From: Saccostrea echinata
Taxonomy: Eukaryota
Length of the DNA stretch: 64,000 nucleotides
NCBI RefSeq assembly: GCF_033153115.1
Contig: NW_026889765.1
Location: 1,054,001 to 1,118,000 of the forward strand
Reading direction: 5' to 3'
This document shows positions 24,213 to 39,619 of the stretch, one piece after another. A program made the position numbers and the translations under genes. Position 1 is the stretch's first letter, and every line of letters begins with the position of its first letter. The notes beneath the pieces are model-generated. The model was not told the origin of the DNA and did not search any database. It saw only the letters and a list, made by a program, of their open reading frames with translations.

Positions 24213-25819
24213 ACTTTTCACATTTGTGTCATGTTCATAAAAACGAAAAAAAATGTGTACGAATTGACTTTTGTAGTTTGCATACGAATATACGAGTCGG
24301 TTTGTGTACAAATTAGTATTAGCTGTAGGACGGCGTAATTTAATGAATATTCATGAAGCGAGAAATATTGATAACGACAAATATCAGGAATTAAGCTTTG
24401 TACCCATCAACAAAATGTCTTTGAAATAACTTGAGAGTATTTGTTAACCATATGCATTTTATTTTCAAACATCGAATCAACCCTATTTTCATTATTTTGA
24501 CTCTGCAAAAATCGCCGCTAGGGTCCCCGTGATTTTACACTGTTGTTATTTATAGCCCAAAAGCAGCAGCAATAGACTGTGGCTATAAATAGCCACCGTC
24601 TAATGATGACTACGTTTTGGTTATGGACAATATAAATATACCAAATTTTGAATCATTCCGGTTTGTAAAAATACAGTTAGGATCAATATTGTGTATCATA
24701 TATTGTCATGTAAATTTTGAGTTTACCGAGTGGCAGTAAGTTGTCATGTTGTAAATTTCATATTTACTGCCACCCGGAAAAATTCAAATTATAAGGTACA
24801 TGTCGCGTTGAAGTAAACGTAGAGCGTATGACACATTGCAAGCACTTAAGTCGGATACATCTAACGTAGATTAGGACAGGCTAGCTTGCGTGTTTCCAAA
24901 GCCAAAAAGTAAAAAAAAAATGGTAAAAATTCAACAAAACTAAGAAAGTTGTTTCAATTTATCGCCTGCTTGTGTGAATTGTCAATTTAATCAAAACCAG
25001 TTCTGTTTGCGAACATGGTATCAGTTCAAGTCTTTGATTATAAACTATCGCTAGTATTGGAACTCAAACCTTAAACTGTCTTTCTTTAAGAGGAAGCATT
25101 CGCTTGAGAATTAGAACTGTTAATTATCCATGGCTCTCACTTCTCTTAAAAGAAAGGAGAAGGGTGGGGTGGGGTAGGGGGTTAAGGAGGTACTCCTCAT
25201 GTAGAAGGGGATGGAAGTAGTACAAAGTATATACACTTCTGGTTTATAGACATTGTAAAACTCATTAAATGTCAGAATGTAACGATCATCTATCGGGTCA
25301 ATATTGCAACATTTGCAATATTGTCTGTATGCGTGTCTGGAGACGATATGATCAGCAAAGCGTTCTGGAATATATCTGACTGTAAAGGCGAAGAACTCTT
25401 AAATCTGACAGCTCTTATAGCCTGTATTGTCAGAGTGGGCAGGTTATACTTACCAAATACTTATATAGGTCCTGACTAGAGCCACTCATAGACCATGAAG
25501 ACTCATCTTTATTGATTGTTTGATCTTTCCTGCAGATATTGTATCCATAATGAGTAGATACTTTGGCATGCTTGAAAAATAAATTGAGACTGGAAGTCGG
25601 CCGAATAGAAAGAAAAGTGACTTTTTGTAAAGATTCGGAAAGTAAATCGAGAATTTTGAATACCCAAAATTACAAAAAAATTTGCAGAGACATAACACAG
25701 ACTAATGCTAATATTCTTCCTCTGTCTGGCCTCCTTCATCAAGTTGAAGATTTGGCCAGTTGCGTGTGTGCATGTTTAAAAGAAAGTTTTGTTTTTTGTT
25801 TTTGTTTTTGTTTTTTTTT

Positions 25820-25862
<43 letters not shown>

Positions 25863-26171
25863 TTTTTTTTCGGGGGGGGGGGGGTGTTTTTAAATAATAT
25901 TGTCGTTTATCAATTTTCAATCTGGAGTTGAGTATGACCATAAAAGAGAACTAAGGCTAATATTGTCGTTTATTAATTTTTCAATCTGGATGACCACTTC
26001 AGATTGAAAATCAATAGACAATATTTCATTAGCAAAAAATAAATAAATAAATAAATAAATAAATAAAAATTAAAGATTCAACAGATGCACATACAATCTT
26101 ATTTGACACAGCAAAACAATCTGCACATATACGTATGTAATGCCTACTTTGGTATCTGATTTGCTTATTAC

Positions 26172-29100
26172 TAGCCATTCTCTGTAACCACTTAAACTTT
26201 TGTGGCACGCATAGTCACAGATTTTTTTCAAATTTGGCTAGAATTTACCACCTCATAAACTACTCCAAAAAATATTGTTAGATCAAATGAATGTTGAGTA
26301 GTTACCATGGAAACGGTGTCTAAAGTTGATTTTTTCTGAAAAATGCAATTTTTGGGAATGTTATTCAATGAAATGCGGCTAATTCAATTCACGTTACTCA
26401 CAGAAATAAAAAGTATGACATCTGATTTTAAAAGTCATTTAAAAACATTGTTGGTATTCAGTCTATAAATATGAGAAATCTATGATTAAAATAGCAGACA
26501 TTCATTTAAAAATTGAATTATCTCCCTTTGATAATTGTGAGCTCTTTAATGTGAGAGATAAAAAAATCATTGGACAAAACTGACTGAAAGTTGTTTACAT
26601 TGTCAACATATATCCTGGATTTCAAGTAAAATCAAGTGTTTTTTTTTCTGTTTATTTAATGTGCATACAAATTTTAACCTCTTTGTTTATTTCCTGGATG
26701 CAAAAGAGTAATTTTTATGTGTGAACAATGGGGAAATGTACAAGACCACATGGTACAAGAAATCAGCTCTATCTTAAGTTTATCTTTTTATCCTCATTTT
26801 GGAACTCCTAAGACCTTGAGGCTCAGGCTTCAATATCATGAATGTGCACAGACTCTGATATCAGAATTATATTGAATTGGTTGTAAGAATAGGTACAGTG
26901 TCTCAATCAGAGTACGTGATATATTACAATGAATAACAGCCAGGAAAGCCAGTGTTTCCTTTTAAAAACGAATGTGGAAAAAAAACTGAATTATAATGTT
27001 AGAAAAGTAGGCTTTTGATTTTACCTAAATAATTAAAGTCTAGCTACATTTACATGATCGTACAAAACTGGAAGTTGAAAGTCAGATAAAAAATAGGCTT
27101 GGCAACAACAAAGTACAGGTGTATCAAGTTTATATTGAATGATGTGATGTAAGTTGATAATGTTGCTGAAGCAAGAATTTTCTTTAAAGGAAAGGTCTTT
27201 ACCCAATAAAAAACAAAAAAATTGTTAAGGCCAATAATAAAAATGTTTTGTTTGATTCCTATCGACCAGTCAAAATTATACTTTTGGGGGGGGGGGGGTG
27301 CATAGAAATACAAATTGTCTGAATCATATTTAAAGTTAACAGTTTATCATATCTCTAGACTAAGATACATTTAGATTGAACCTTGTAGCAGTAAAATTAA
27401 TATTAAATCAGTCTAGCTGTATTTTATTTACAACGAAAACATAAATAAATTTCTGACACCCCCCCCCCTCTCCCAAAAGTAAAAATCTAAAATTAAGCAA
27501 AAAATAAATCTATACCTCGGAATGGGGGCGGGAAGGGGTTAATCACTTATGAAAGAAATACTTCCTTTAATATTTATAAATAACGCTTCTTAACGTTTTA
27601 CAAGGTATCCATGTTTTTTGTTTCGTTTGTTTGTTGTTGTTTTTTAACAAATGCCTCTTACCAATTGATGTGGGTAAGTGCTTTTACATGGTTCCTGGAA
27701 GGGGTGGAATAAGTCCTGGTCATTGGTTACTTTACTATATTCATTTTTTTAAAAAAAAAATGAAAACCGTAGGAAGAAGGCAACAACAGATTATTCATTT
27801 TCAACAATTTCAAGGACTAAACTTTAGAAATTATGTTTACATTACACCCCATAAGGTGTACGATTCCATCAAGCTTACCAACCAACTCAAATTTAGCAAC
27901 CGACATAAATTCAAGAAAGCACAAAAACAGATTATCTGAACAGGTCCAGCAGATTTTTACAACAGATAATTATTGATTAAATTTTGGGAAATAGCAGATC
28001 TATTATGTGTAAACCCATGCATATTTGGGTTGAAATATTTATCATCAATGTCTCTAAATTTTCAAGTTTTTGAGAATAATATTGCAAAGTAAAATGGACT
28101 TAGGCTTTTTCTGTCAACTTCTCTGAAAAAAGTCACAGGAAAACATAATTTGACTCTCACTGGAAAAGTGCGGGCTATTGAATAGAGTCAAAAATGTACA
28201 TTTTAGAACAGGGACTTAGTCTACAAAAACAACGAAAGACTGTTTTTACATGCATGTAGCACAATTCTCTACATACAAGTCACTCAATATGGTAAGTGTA
28301 TAGGCTTTCAATATTTTGACTTGGCTACATTTTTATCAATAAATGACCTTTAAAAAACATTATCATAGCATTTTCACATTATGCATCAAGCTAAAGATAA
28401 GAATGTAATTTATTTACCATGCAGTTTCAGTAAAATAAATTGTGTATAAAACAGGATACGCTTTCACAATATCCAAGTATAAATGCTATACTAACAAGCT
28501 AATTCAGGGAATCTGTGTCCCCTGCTTAAGGAAAAAAGAAGAGCATGTACGGATCTAGAGGGGTGGTGGGGGTGAGGGGACGGGACACTTTAAGAGGAGC
28601 GGGCTGGGCCATAGGGAGTTATGATATAAAATTTCATTGCAAAAGCTTAAAATCTTTTTGAGATATCACTCGGAAATGGACGTTTTACACACAAACAGAA
28701 TGTATAAATTTTTGACATTGACCTTTGACCTCTGGACCTCGAAATCAATAGGGTCTTTTTTTTTAGTTCATAGGAAGTTGTGCTTTAAAATATCGATGCA
28801 AAAGCTTGAAGGCTTCTCGAGATATCGCACAGAAATAAAGTGTTTAAACAGAATTTATGTATTCATGACCTTGACCTTTGACCTTAAAATCAATGGGAGT
28901 CTTCCCAAGGCCACAGGGATTTTTTATGCAAAATTTCATTGCAAAGGCTCAAAGGCTTCTCGAGACATCGGGCCGAAACAAAAGTGTTACAGAAAGACAG
29001 ACTGATGGACGGTCAAACAGACCCAAATCAATATCCCCCATTTTCAGTGAAAGCGGGGGACAAAAAGGCAATTTTTATATACCATTGTGACCTTGAACTT

Positions 29101-29972
29101 TGACCTTCTGTCCGTATTTACCAATTCATGTGATGCCACATGTAGTTACTGTCCACCAGAACTGTAATTTTGTTTATTCATGCTGTTTAAAACAAAAGTA
29201 TTAGTTAGGACACAGAAAAAATGTGCTTTGTTTCCTTAAATTTCCATCTAAATCGAGCTATATTGACCTTGACCTTTGACCTTTTGTCATGAAAATTGAT
29301 TTTTCTCTTTGTTTTTGCTATTGTGTACCACAAAACTAAATTTGGTTTTAATCCATTTTAAAATACTCAGGAATTTATATGGAAACTGATTGTAGATACC
29401 TATTGCCCTTGTCTGGAATTCTTTAAAAATCTTAAGTTTGTAACCATGGTAACATGAAAACAAAATATGAATACCAAGTGTTTTTCTGTAGTTTATATTA
29501 GAACTATATATGGACGTTCAAACCAATGTATTTATTTTTTCCCAAATGTCCGCAAAATTTTATACCAGGCTTTTCAAAAGAGCCTAAAATCTACAATTTT
29601 TCCCCAGAAAAATCCTGCCTAGAAACGGGCGATATTTTTTCTATTAGGTAAAGTTACTCAAATACTAGAAATTATCTAAAAAACTACAAAAATGATGTAT
29701 TTTGGCAAATAGATGAAGTCATGTAAATATCTTGTTGTATTAAAGACTTTTAATTTGTCAAAAATGGTCATTTTTCATCAAAATTTAGCATATTTTAGGC
29801 CATGAAAAATGTATGTTGGTTGCCATGGTAACCATTGACCATAGCAACCATTTTATTATGAATTTTAGTTTCATACATCAATATGGGAATGTGTGCCATG
29901 TTTCATAAAAATCTAAGACATAGCGTGCCACACTCCCTATATAAGAGTTTAAATGCTTACAGAGAATGGCTA
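26172..29972. mobile_element. Academ-like (TAG…CTA termini) non-autonomous DNA transposon, ~3.8 kb including nested insertions
   Basis: TIRs TAGCCATTCTCTGTAA…TTACAGAGAATGGCTA, mirrored GTGGCACGC/GCGTGCCAC, and subterminal GTTACCATGGAAAC/GTTGCCATGGTAAC motifs. No clean TSD. Confidence 0.6.
28493..29066. mobile_element. Helentron/HINE-type non-autonomous element nested in the Academ-like element
   Basis: AACAAG start, repeated TGACCTTGACCTTTGACC motifs, a GACA/GACG microsatellite and a terminal hairpin TCCCCC…GGGGGA. Confidence 0.6.
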
Positions 29973-32900
29973 TTTAAAAAAAGCCTACTGAGCCTTGTTA
30001 GATCTCTTAAGAAAGGAAAACAAGATTTAGTGTAGAAAATCACGTGATGGAAAAATTGAAAATAACTACAGAATATTATAAATGCACTTCAAACGGAAAA
30101 ATGCATCATTTGCATAAAAAAGGTGAACAATGATTTACATTTTTTTTTTTACTTTTTCGTACAAAAATTGCTTATATTGAGAATGCAAGTATTTTTAACA
30201 ATTCCATCTCAATCATTACATATCAATTAATGTTAATGTATGTGCTAAACAGAGTGGTTTAGCGAGAAAGGTTTGTAAATGTAGAATATCAGTTGTCAGC
30301 GTAAAATGGGTCTTATTATCGCGTGTACTCTATACTTAGTGATTTAGATTGTTTTGTTTTTTGGGAGGGGGGTCCTAAAAAACTTTTTTCTCTGTTTTTT
30401 TTTTCCCCTTCAGTGTTTTAATGATGGACAAATATTTGGGCATAAATATTGGCGGCTTGTTATTAATGCTTTAGTAGTATTTAGGGGGGAACAGTATTTG
30501 GCAAACAATTGTTTGTTATACTTATGTCACTATTTGGAATAAATTCAAAAATAGAGTGTCATAAATATTGCGTAATTAATCCCGCGCTGTTATTCACTAT
30601 AATTGCCAAACTCCTTTGTCAACCAATAATGTCCTCAATTAGATAATCCAAGCGCAAACCACATACGATAATGACATTTCACCTACTTTCTTGATGTCAT
30701 TTTTTAATTATTTTTTTTAAATATCCCCTTACACTAGCTAAAAGTCTCTTGTGAAAAGACAAGTTAAATAATGACGAGGCACCTAAGCTTAGGGATTTTT
30801 AAAACGGCTTTCACGACACCAAACTGCCTCACCACACAGAACGATGATGGTCCTGATTGCGAATTAGACGAGATAAACTTAAAAAACAAAAACAAAGTAA
30901 GTAAAACTCGTATGTAACTTTATGGCCGAAATCGATCAAGTTTTACAACAAAAATAATCAAATAAGAAGGCAAATTTTAATATTTTTTTAATTGTCCTTT
31001 TCGTATCCTTATTGTGTTTAAGAATTTGACAATCCACAAGTTGTAAATTGGAAATGTGCTTCACAAGTGTGTATCAGAACTTCCTGATAAACCTGATATC
31101 AAAAACAACAATCTAATATTTTCTCTAAATCTTCGAGTGCATAACGAGACCCTATAGCAGTTTGAATTACAAGTAAGTTTAGAATTTAGTAATACTGAAC
31201 AATCTTCAAAGTTATTGAAGGATTTCTCGTGAAATTTTTATCTTAACCTAAAGGAAGCTTAGCTGAGCCTAAAGTCTCTAGTTATTATTAGATTACCCCA
31301 CTTCCAAATGTGGTTTCTTTTTCAATGTTTCTTTATGTACGTAAACAAATTTGTCTAGCGTTGTAATCTGAGCCGTTCTTTAAACTTTATTTGAATATAA
31401 AAGTTCGAAACATTTCAAACCTGTTTCCTTTTATTCAAAAGAAACAAATTTTGCATTCACTGTTCGAAATTTTAAAGGTTGAAAATAATAAAAGACTAAT
31501 TAACATGTATACCTGAGCTTATCACTATATCATTTCATTTCGACATAATCACGTAAATCAATTTTAAAAATGGAAAATTAAAAATACATCTGGCTTAAAA
31601 AGGTCTTCATTTTAAACATCCAAACGCCAACGAGTGATTTAAAGTCTTTCAAAGTCACTCAGACAGAAAAATTCACACTACAGATACTTGTGTACACAGG
31701 TAGTGGGATATACAGATGTTTTACACAATCTCAGCGACTTTGGGAAAAAATTATGTGGAATTCAATGCTAGTTCGTGGATGCTTGTTCCACAGATTATTT
31801 ATAACATACTTCTCGGACTGATCAGGATCTCGTAGATCCGGAATAATATCTCAAAGAAGATGCAGATGTCTGTAAGTTACAACCATGTACAAACGTGGCA
31901 TATATATCACGTCATACTTACAATTAATTATGTGATGATAAATCTTATACAGATTTAAGTAAATCTTTGCCAAGTAAGGATCATTTGAAAAATTATAACT
32001 TAGTTGTCTCTCTATATACATGTACCGAGGAACATGCATACAATTAAAATGTACAGTATACTCGTATAATGAAAGCTATTGTTCAATACTCCCTCTGAAT
32101 ATTGCATTTATTTACAGTAGTGATGAAGAGTTGATATTTTTTTTTACCTTTAACTCAGTAACACAAATAGGGTTACATCTAGAGCGTACATCAAATTGCT
32201 TTATAAAAGATCGTTTTATTTCCACACAAAAATCAGCTAATTTTATTCATACAGATGATGTACCGGCATATATATAATAGAAAATATTTACATGTGCTAT
32301 GATATTCTCTCTCTGTCTCCCTCTCTCAAATGAGACCTGGTCCGCAACTTTGCGATTATTTCGATAGCGAAAAACTCTTGTACATTACATATAAGAATAT
32401 TTTTACTTCTTTTTGAAAGAACGATAATTGAAAACTTCAATTTATAATTTTTTTGGTTTTAAGACCAAAGCGGAAAATAAGTTCATATAAAAATGAAGTG
32501 CATAATAGAATTTGACAATTCTGGGCATTTCTATATTAAAGTAATGTGTGAACGTGTGAACACAAGCAGAACACTGTCCACTAGTACAGAAAAATATTCG
32601 GGTTTCAATGGAATTAACCCATTTTCAATACAAAGCGTGGCCGTCCATAAAGCTATTTGTTGGAACGGCCTCATTTGTATTCAATAAATACTTAGTATAT
32701 CAATTAAATATTTGTTTATCACTTTGCCCGTGTACTTCACAATATCACAGGCACCAGTCGTAACTAATGAGAATTTTTCTTGAGAAAGTCATGTTAGCTC
32801 AAATAAGACATAGGCGCAAGAGAGATATCTTGATCAAAAAAGTATGTAGTCTGTAAATTTTTTACATTTCGACTTTATTCCTTTATCACTTAGAAAATCC

Positions 32901-33266
32901 AAACTGCCACCAAACTGCTTGTCTTCAATTCATTTGGTACGACGTGAAAAGGGAGGTAATTAGGTCTAAACTTGTGCAAATCTTACAGAAAATAGGGTGA
33001 GGTAACAAAAAGGGGGGGGGGTCAAAATTATGAACAGGAATATTTCAAGAAAATATTATTTTTCCTTCTCGAGAAGAGCAAGGGGGGGGGGGGGGCTAGG
33101 ATAGGTCAGCAAATTAGGGGACAGTCTTATATATAAGTGGGACTAGAAAAGGGTCAGAATTTGAAGTTATAAAAGATAACTTTATAGGAAGACAGACTAT
33201 TATATCGTCTCCAGAAGAACCAGATCACATTTATCTGATTAAGATCATAGCTTAATTTCTATTTAA

Positions 33267-35486
33267 GGTGGGATTCTTCTCATATTTCTAGAATTTAAAA
33301 ATCATTTAATTTCTATAAAATAATTGATTCTGATTGGATAAAAAATTCTTTTGATAACTGCATCAATAGAATCTGGAGTTCACTTGCACTTGACAGCCGG
33401 AACTACTATGGCTAACTTGACATGTATATTTCAGCTTCCATATTACTTTGTGAAAGAAAAATGAAATAATTTTACTCTATTTTCCTGAATTTCAAAATTT
33501 GTCCGTTACGTTCCTGAGTTATTTTCTACTTTCGTTTCTTTTCGAATTATCCCCCTTTGCTAAACAAATCAGATCGTCTGCAAATGACAACAATGCAGTT
33601 GCGGGAAAAAAGGAAAGAAATCATCATACATACGTTAAATGTTTGTCTTTGAGATAACTGGTATGAACAATAGAACTGTGAAGAAATGTTTTTATGCTTC
33701 CAAAGCGGGGAAATGCCGTTAATCTGATAATTCTTAGGAAACGAATGCATGAGAAAAACGACGCTGAGCGAGGACGGGTATTCTTTCAAAGTTAAACAGT
33801 CGGCAACAGACTCTTCCAGATTTTGAAGCATGTTGTATTATGCATGGACATGTTGTGATACGTATATATATGTTCGATTTGAAATTCAGATGAAGAGATG
33901 CGCATATGAAACCGAAAATTTCTGTGAACTAGAAAGAGTTCTTAAGGTTATATTTGAGTAGCTTCCCTTTACATTTACGAATCTAAAGATATCAGCTTAC
34001 AGGAGGAACATAGCAAAAATTAATAACACAACAGGTAAGTTTTTGTGTTAAAACTGTTTTTGTTAGAAAAACTTAGTAATGACACGACAATATTTGAACA
34101 TGTTGTTTGTTCGTAATACTCTGCGTCTGAAAATTTAGGCAACTAAGCTAGGCCTATATGTTGGACAGTCATTCGATCGTTCTAAAGTTAAATCTCATCA
34201 TTGAAAGATAAATATCAAATGATAGGAAATAAATCTTATAATTTTTTCTTTCGTCGATATATCATAGAAAGCTTGGACGTAAAATTTCATCAATCCAATG
34301 CGCGTAGATCTGTACATTCAGCCATTTTGAATTTCAGCAACGTTGTTGTAATGTATTCCTACGCACAGTCTTCGATGCTTAAATTAAATATTAAAGTGAA
34401 AGAAAGTTTCATTTTATTATTTTTAAACCATAATTAAATGATAAGAAATGAAAGTAATATCTTTTTCTTTGACCGAAGTATCAAACAAAAATTTTGACGG
34501 AAAACGTTTTCATCAATGCGCTACGCGCATTGATGACGTTTTCCCTCCAAATTTTTGTTTGATATTTCGGTCAAAGAAAAAAATATTACATTCATTTCTT
34601 AAATCAACGAAATTTTCACAGAATCAAGAAAACAATATCACTAGGTGATGGTATCAGTTAGATTAAATTTGACCGTTTTATATTAGAGGCAAGGTCAAGT
34701 CAAGGTTATTACCTTTTCCCTGGGCATTAAGAATAAAAAATTACTGTTGCCAATCATGCGATGCCTACTTCTATTTCAAAAGATTAAATGTTTTTCTTTT
34801 TGCATAAAGAGATATTACCATATAGGGTCTATAAGATGATATAACCAAATTGACATAAATAATTTAACTAATACGGATATTGGCTAATCCGAATTTTCTC
34901 TATTTTTCTTAAATTTTTAGGATATTTTAGTTATTTTTATATGCTTCCTATATTTAATTTTTTCTTATTTTCACATATGGTAAAATTGACACAAAAAGAT
35001 ACAAAATGATATAAAAACAAAACGTTTTGATCGCTAACTAAGAGAGAAAAAACACTTTTTACGGATTTTTGGCTCAAATATGTACTTAGATTGGAAGCTT
35101 TTAAAAGCTAACATAATTGTAGTTTGTTTAGAAAACCATATTTATTTGATATATTTTTAACAAACTTTAGTCCCTTATCATTAATTAAACTTACATTTAA
35201 AAATTTCTTCAAGTCTTTGATTGTGTAAATATTATAACTAAATTCATTGTTCTATAATAATTTTGAGAGGCAGAAAATAAGATATTTTCATATGCCGCCA
35301 TTCCGCCAAAAATATAGTCCTTGCTAGATTTCAAACTCAGTAAACCATTTCTATTTAAAGTTGTACAATTGTGATGAGGGAAGGAAAATATGATCTTTTA
35401 AATCTCTTACATCTAAATATATAAAACATATAAGCAAATATACTTTGAATATTTCATCTAGTCAGAAACCCGACAAGAATCCCTCC
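33267..35486. mobile_element. Kolobok-like non-autonomous element with a TTAA TSD, containing a nested palindrome-bearing repeat
   Basis: TTAA-GGTGGGATTCTT…AAGAATCCCTCC-TTAA. Confidence 0.5.
34442..34601. repeat. 160-bp near-perfect palindrome (possible Crypton-like non-autonomous element end)
   Basis: TAAGAAATGAAAGTAATATC…CATCAATGCGC TAC GCGCATTGATG…ATATTACATTCATTTCTTA. Confidence 0.7.
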
Positions 35487-38400
35487 TTAAGGTAAATTCA
35501 AAATCCAAACTATGGAGACAACGGTGTTTGCACAGTGGGATGTCAATTTGCATACTGTCAAAGAAATCAAAACCATTTAGCATTTGTGACTAGTAACCTT
35601 TTGTTTCATATGTTAAATATTTCAACTTACAGAATGAGATTATTGCCCCCCCCCCCCTCCAGCTTGTAATCCTGTCTTCTCTCCTGAAAAATAACTTTTG
35701 TACAATATACTGGGCCCTTTGGAATATCGAGTATTTATTAATATAATGCTTCTTCACAAAGATTGGACTTTCTGAATTCTATCAGCAAACCTCCGACCGC
35801 TGAATCATCGTCATTGTACACAGTACTGTAAAAGTCGCGTCACATTCAAGTACACTCTTGTCGTATATTTTTGTTTCTGTGCCAGACAAACTCTAAGTTA
35901 ACCCTCTCCATGCCTCCTTTCTCTCTTGCTCGTCAACATTTGTCTCGTAATTGTGCTTTAGGCATCACAGACGATATAAAACATGGCTACCAATTTTCGC
36001 ACCGAATGTTAAAGTCCTCAAAATGTTTGAATATATAGGCCATTGTCATAATTTGTGACACCTAAATGGAAATTTTATTATGGTGTTTTTTATTCAGATA
36101 ATGGATTTTAATTTGATTGCTACTTCTGCACCGTTTCCTTGCAGCAAGGTAGGCAATTGGTTTTATTTTCTTAAAAAATACACGTTTTTGCGAGTTTCTT
36201 TTTTACTGCTTTTTTGGTCATTTTCTCGTATCTTCATCACAAAGGCACATCTAAGTAGGGTAACTCTCATCACTGGCACTCGCGGTACTACATCAAAAGA
36301 TAACGATCAAAAGAGTAAAGACAAGAGCCTTACATAACGTCTGTTCCTAAAACAATACATCCGTGACGTATGAATGTGAAGTGTCTAAACGCTTGTTTGT
36401 TTGGCCCCATATTTTATTTTTTTTTATGTTGCTGAAACAAGTATAAGCATAACGCCTTTGGGTTAATGAAGGGTCTCCTCTGCGCTTTCTACCATTCGCA
36501 AGGCGAAGGACTGGGTAAGTGTTTGGTCGGAGTGAGTTATTAATTAGACACAGTAATATAGTTGTTTTTATTAATTAGCAAAGAATTTTGATGTACTTGA
36601 TGTTGCTTTTCCTGGGTTTTTGATGAACCACGTGATTTTCCATTTATTTGTTTGATGTACAAAATACAGAGGGAAATCAGAATGAAATAATGTATATTGA
36701 TAAGGGAACTGTTATCTAAAATTCATTTTCTTGCAAGTTATCCTTGCTTTGAACTAATTCTTATTCATCTTCATTATTCTTTCTAAACTCAAATTTGTTA
36801 TTTTCCCCGAAAAACAAGTCTAAAACAAAGGCCTTAACAATAAAATGTAAAAACTTCCGTGCAACTAAACAGCAAATCTACTGTTTCTGTAAAAATTCCT
36901 TCATACGCGATATGCAGAGTTCATATATTACTTTACAGTGCTCATTATAGTATTATGCACTTAGGCAATTATGCTTTCTACATAAAAAGGGTGCATAAAA
37001 CTAGAGTGGCTTACTTTAGCCTCAAATACACCCTTCTCACCTTGATATTTTAATAAAACCTTTGATATCGCTTTGAAGCAAAAGTAAATGTTTATAGAAC
37101 ATTTAAACGTTTCTCACACATTTGTACAGTTGTATTTTTGTTTAAGCTCATTCAGGAAATGTATTTCAATTATGTTTGACCTGATATTAACTTTCACCCA
37201 GACATTTTTTATCCAGCATGTCAGTGCTTAATGTTAACTATGTCAAGATGAAAATTATTAGGTTATATGCTCATGATTAATTAATTTAAAAAAAAAAAAG
37301 CTGATACACATTACTTAGGAGTGCATTTAAATTATTTATTTTATTCAGCTTAAATTAATACACCCAGCTGTTTTGCCCTAGGGATACGAAATATTATTTA
37401 GAAATCACACCTTACGTAAATTTATGGTAATCATTGTACCTTTAGCACAGAGGAAATTGTACATATTTGTAAAATGAAATGTAATTGAAACAAACAACCT
37501 GCATTGAGAATAGGTGTGAATTTACTATATATTGTACGAATAGCACTAGTCTATGCAAGTGATTTTTTCTGTCAACTTAATCGATGAATTGTGGAATTGA
37601 TCAAAGAAATTTAACTTTTTTTTATTTGAACATATTTTATTATGTATTGAAACATAAATGGATTGGGCAGCAGGCATAGCCTATATAAGCCCTCTCCATA
37701 ATATTTATATATCATGTATATTATTTATATATATCCATAATTTAACTTTAAAAATAAATTATCGAAATATGTTAAGATTTTTAAAATGTTTATAGTTGAT
37801 TAAGAAACAGAGCTAAACTTTTTTGATGGAAATTAATGGACGAAGACGCGATGAAAGTCTGTCACCCTAAGTATTTTTTTTTCGGCATCTTTTCATTAAT
37901 CGCGCTGAGGAACACTTCGTAAGGTCAATCGGAGATACGTTTTGGTTCCAGATATGCCAGAACACTTTCTTTTTATGATGCACGATTGCTGAGAAACAAT
38001 AATGTGCATACGCTTTACGTGCAGATGTAGATAAATTACTTGAATGTTTGACAGTTTGTCGTTGTCTTATGGGCTCCAAGAGTATGCAAAGATGTCAAAA
38101 CCCTGCTGTGAGGTTTCATCATGATCGTAAATAATTTGTCTAATGCCACTTGCTTTATCCATTCAGTTCATGCATGTGTTCCAAGTATCTTTATTATATT
38201 TTGGTGCTGAAAATCATCAGTTGAAAGAAACTTATTCTCTTTGACTGGCAAATGGATAAACAAACAACGACGTTTTACCATGTATTAGTTTCCTATAGTA
38301 ACAACATGATCGCACTTTTTTATGTTGTACTTACATTCCCAAGTAAATGAAATTACAGAATCTATAAATATTGATAATATTGCTTGTTCAGATGCATAAA

Positions 38401-39619
38401 GTTAGAGTACATCCTTTATACCATGAAGTAAGTCCTTAGTAACGTTACGAACTGATGAACACCTTCATTGAATCACGCAATGCAACAGGTATAACATTTT
38501 TATCATCTTAACAGACCAAAACCATTTCAAAAAATAATTTTGGAAATTTTACAAGAGGTTTATTGTTTGCATTTAAATATAGATTTTAATCCTTTTTCTC
38601 CTTTCCGTTTTTTTTTCTTTTCTTAAGTGATCACGAAACATTTACTTTTACTGAAAGAGTACAACTTGGATCCAATCCGAACAAAACACAAGCTGATTAA
38701 CTAATTGCTGTTCCGACAAAACAGTCTCGACCAATTGTTAGATAATGTATGGTATCCCCTAAAACAATATCAAATATATCATATTTGATATTATATAAGC
38801 CAGTTACTAGGAGAGTATTAAAACTGTATTTCAATAATTAATTATACACTTCTCATTTTCGCACAATTTTCAACATTTTCCCTTAAGTCCAGCTTCTTAA
38901 TTTAATACCTACTTGAACCAATGAAGTGCACGTTAGAGCATAATCAATTTAAAGTTCATATTAATAATAGCAAGAATTAAAAATACTTAATACATTTTTT
39001 GAATTAACAAAGGAAAGGTGAAATTCACGAACGAAAATATACTTATATCTCTCAGAACTTTGCTAGGAATGGAAGAATTACATGTAAGTACTCGTAATTA
39101 TAATTAAAAACATTTATTTTTTTCCGAATTAAATGGTTATATATTAATTTTGTATATAAAATAATTAACTGCCCCGATAATTCAAGCTTAAATTCTCGTA
39201 CGGCTCAATAGTTATACATACGGGAACATATAGAAAAAATTTATAAAACAAAAAATTTGAACAATAATGAAGTATTATAAGAGTGAATATATACACAACT
39301 TTGGTGTAGTTGTAATTTGCACTTATTTTACCAATTGAAAACAGATGTATATAAGGAATCCAAAAACATGCAATGTGTCAGAAAAAAGACCAGCCTTCGC
39401 GCGAGTTTCTCTGTAACACATATACGTTTTTATCATAAAACACAGGGAAACATGCGGTTTTTATTATCGTGACATATAATGCAGCACAATAATTAGTTAA
39501 ATATGATTTTAAAAAAAACAACAACGATATTTAATAAGTTGAGGGAAGTGGGGAACGTTGCGATACAAAGTAATAATGATAATAAAAAGAATACCTAAAA
39601 CAGTCCTCTAGACGAAAAC

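Noticed and set aside
25563-25941. Poly-F and poly-K ORFs, and similar low-complexity ORFs at 44312-44588 and 48310-48588
   Set aside because: Artefacts of poly-T/poly-A and (AT)n tracts.
37867-38260. BEL/Pao LTR retrotransposon remnant (KILG, EPI, ARKAYA-like fragments)
   Set aside because: Too degenerate to support without an HMM search.
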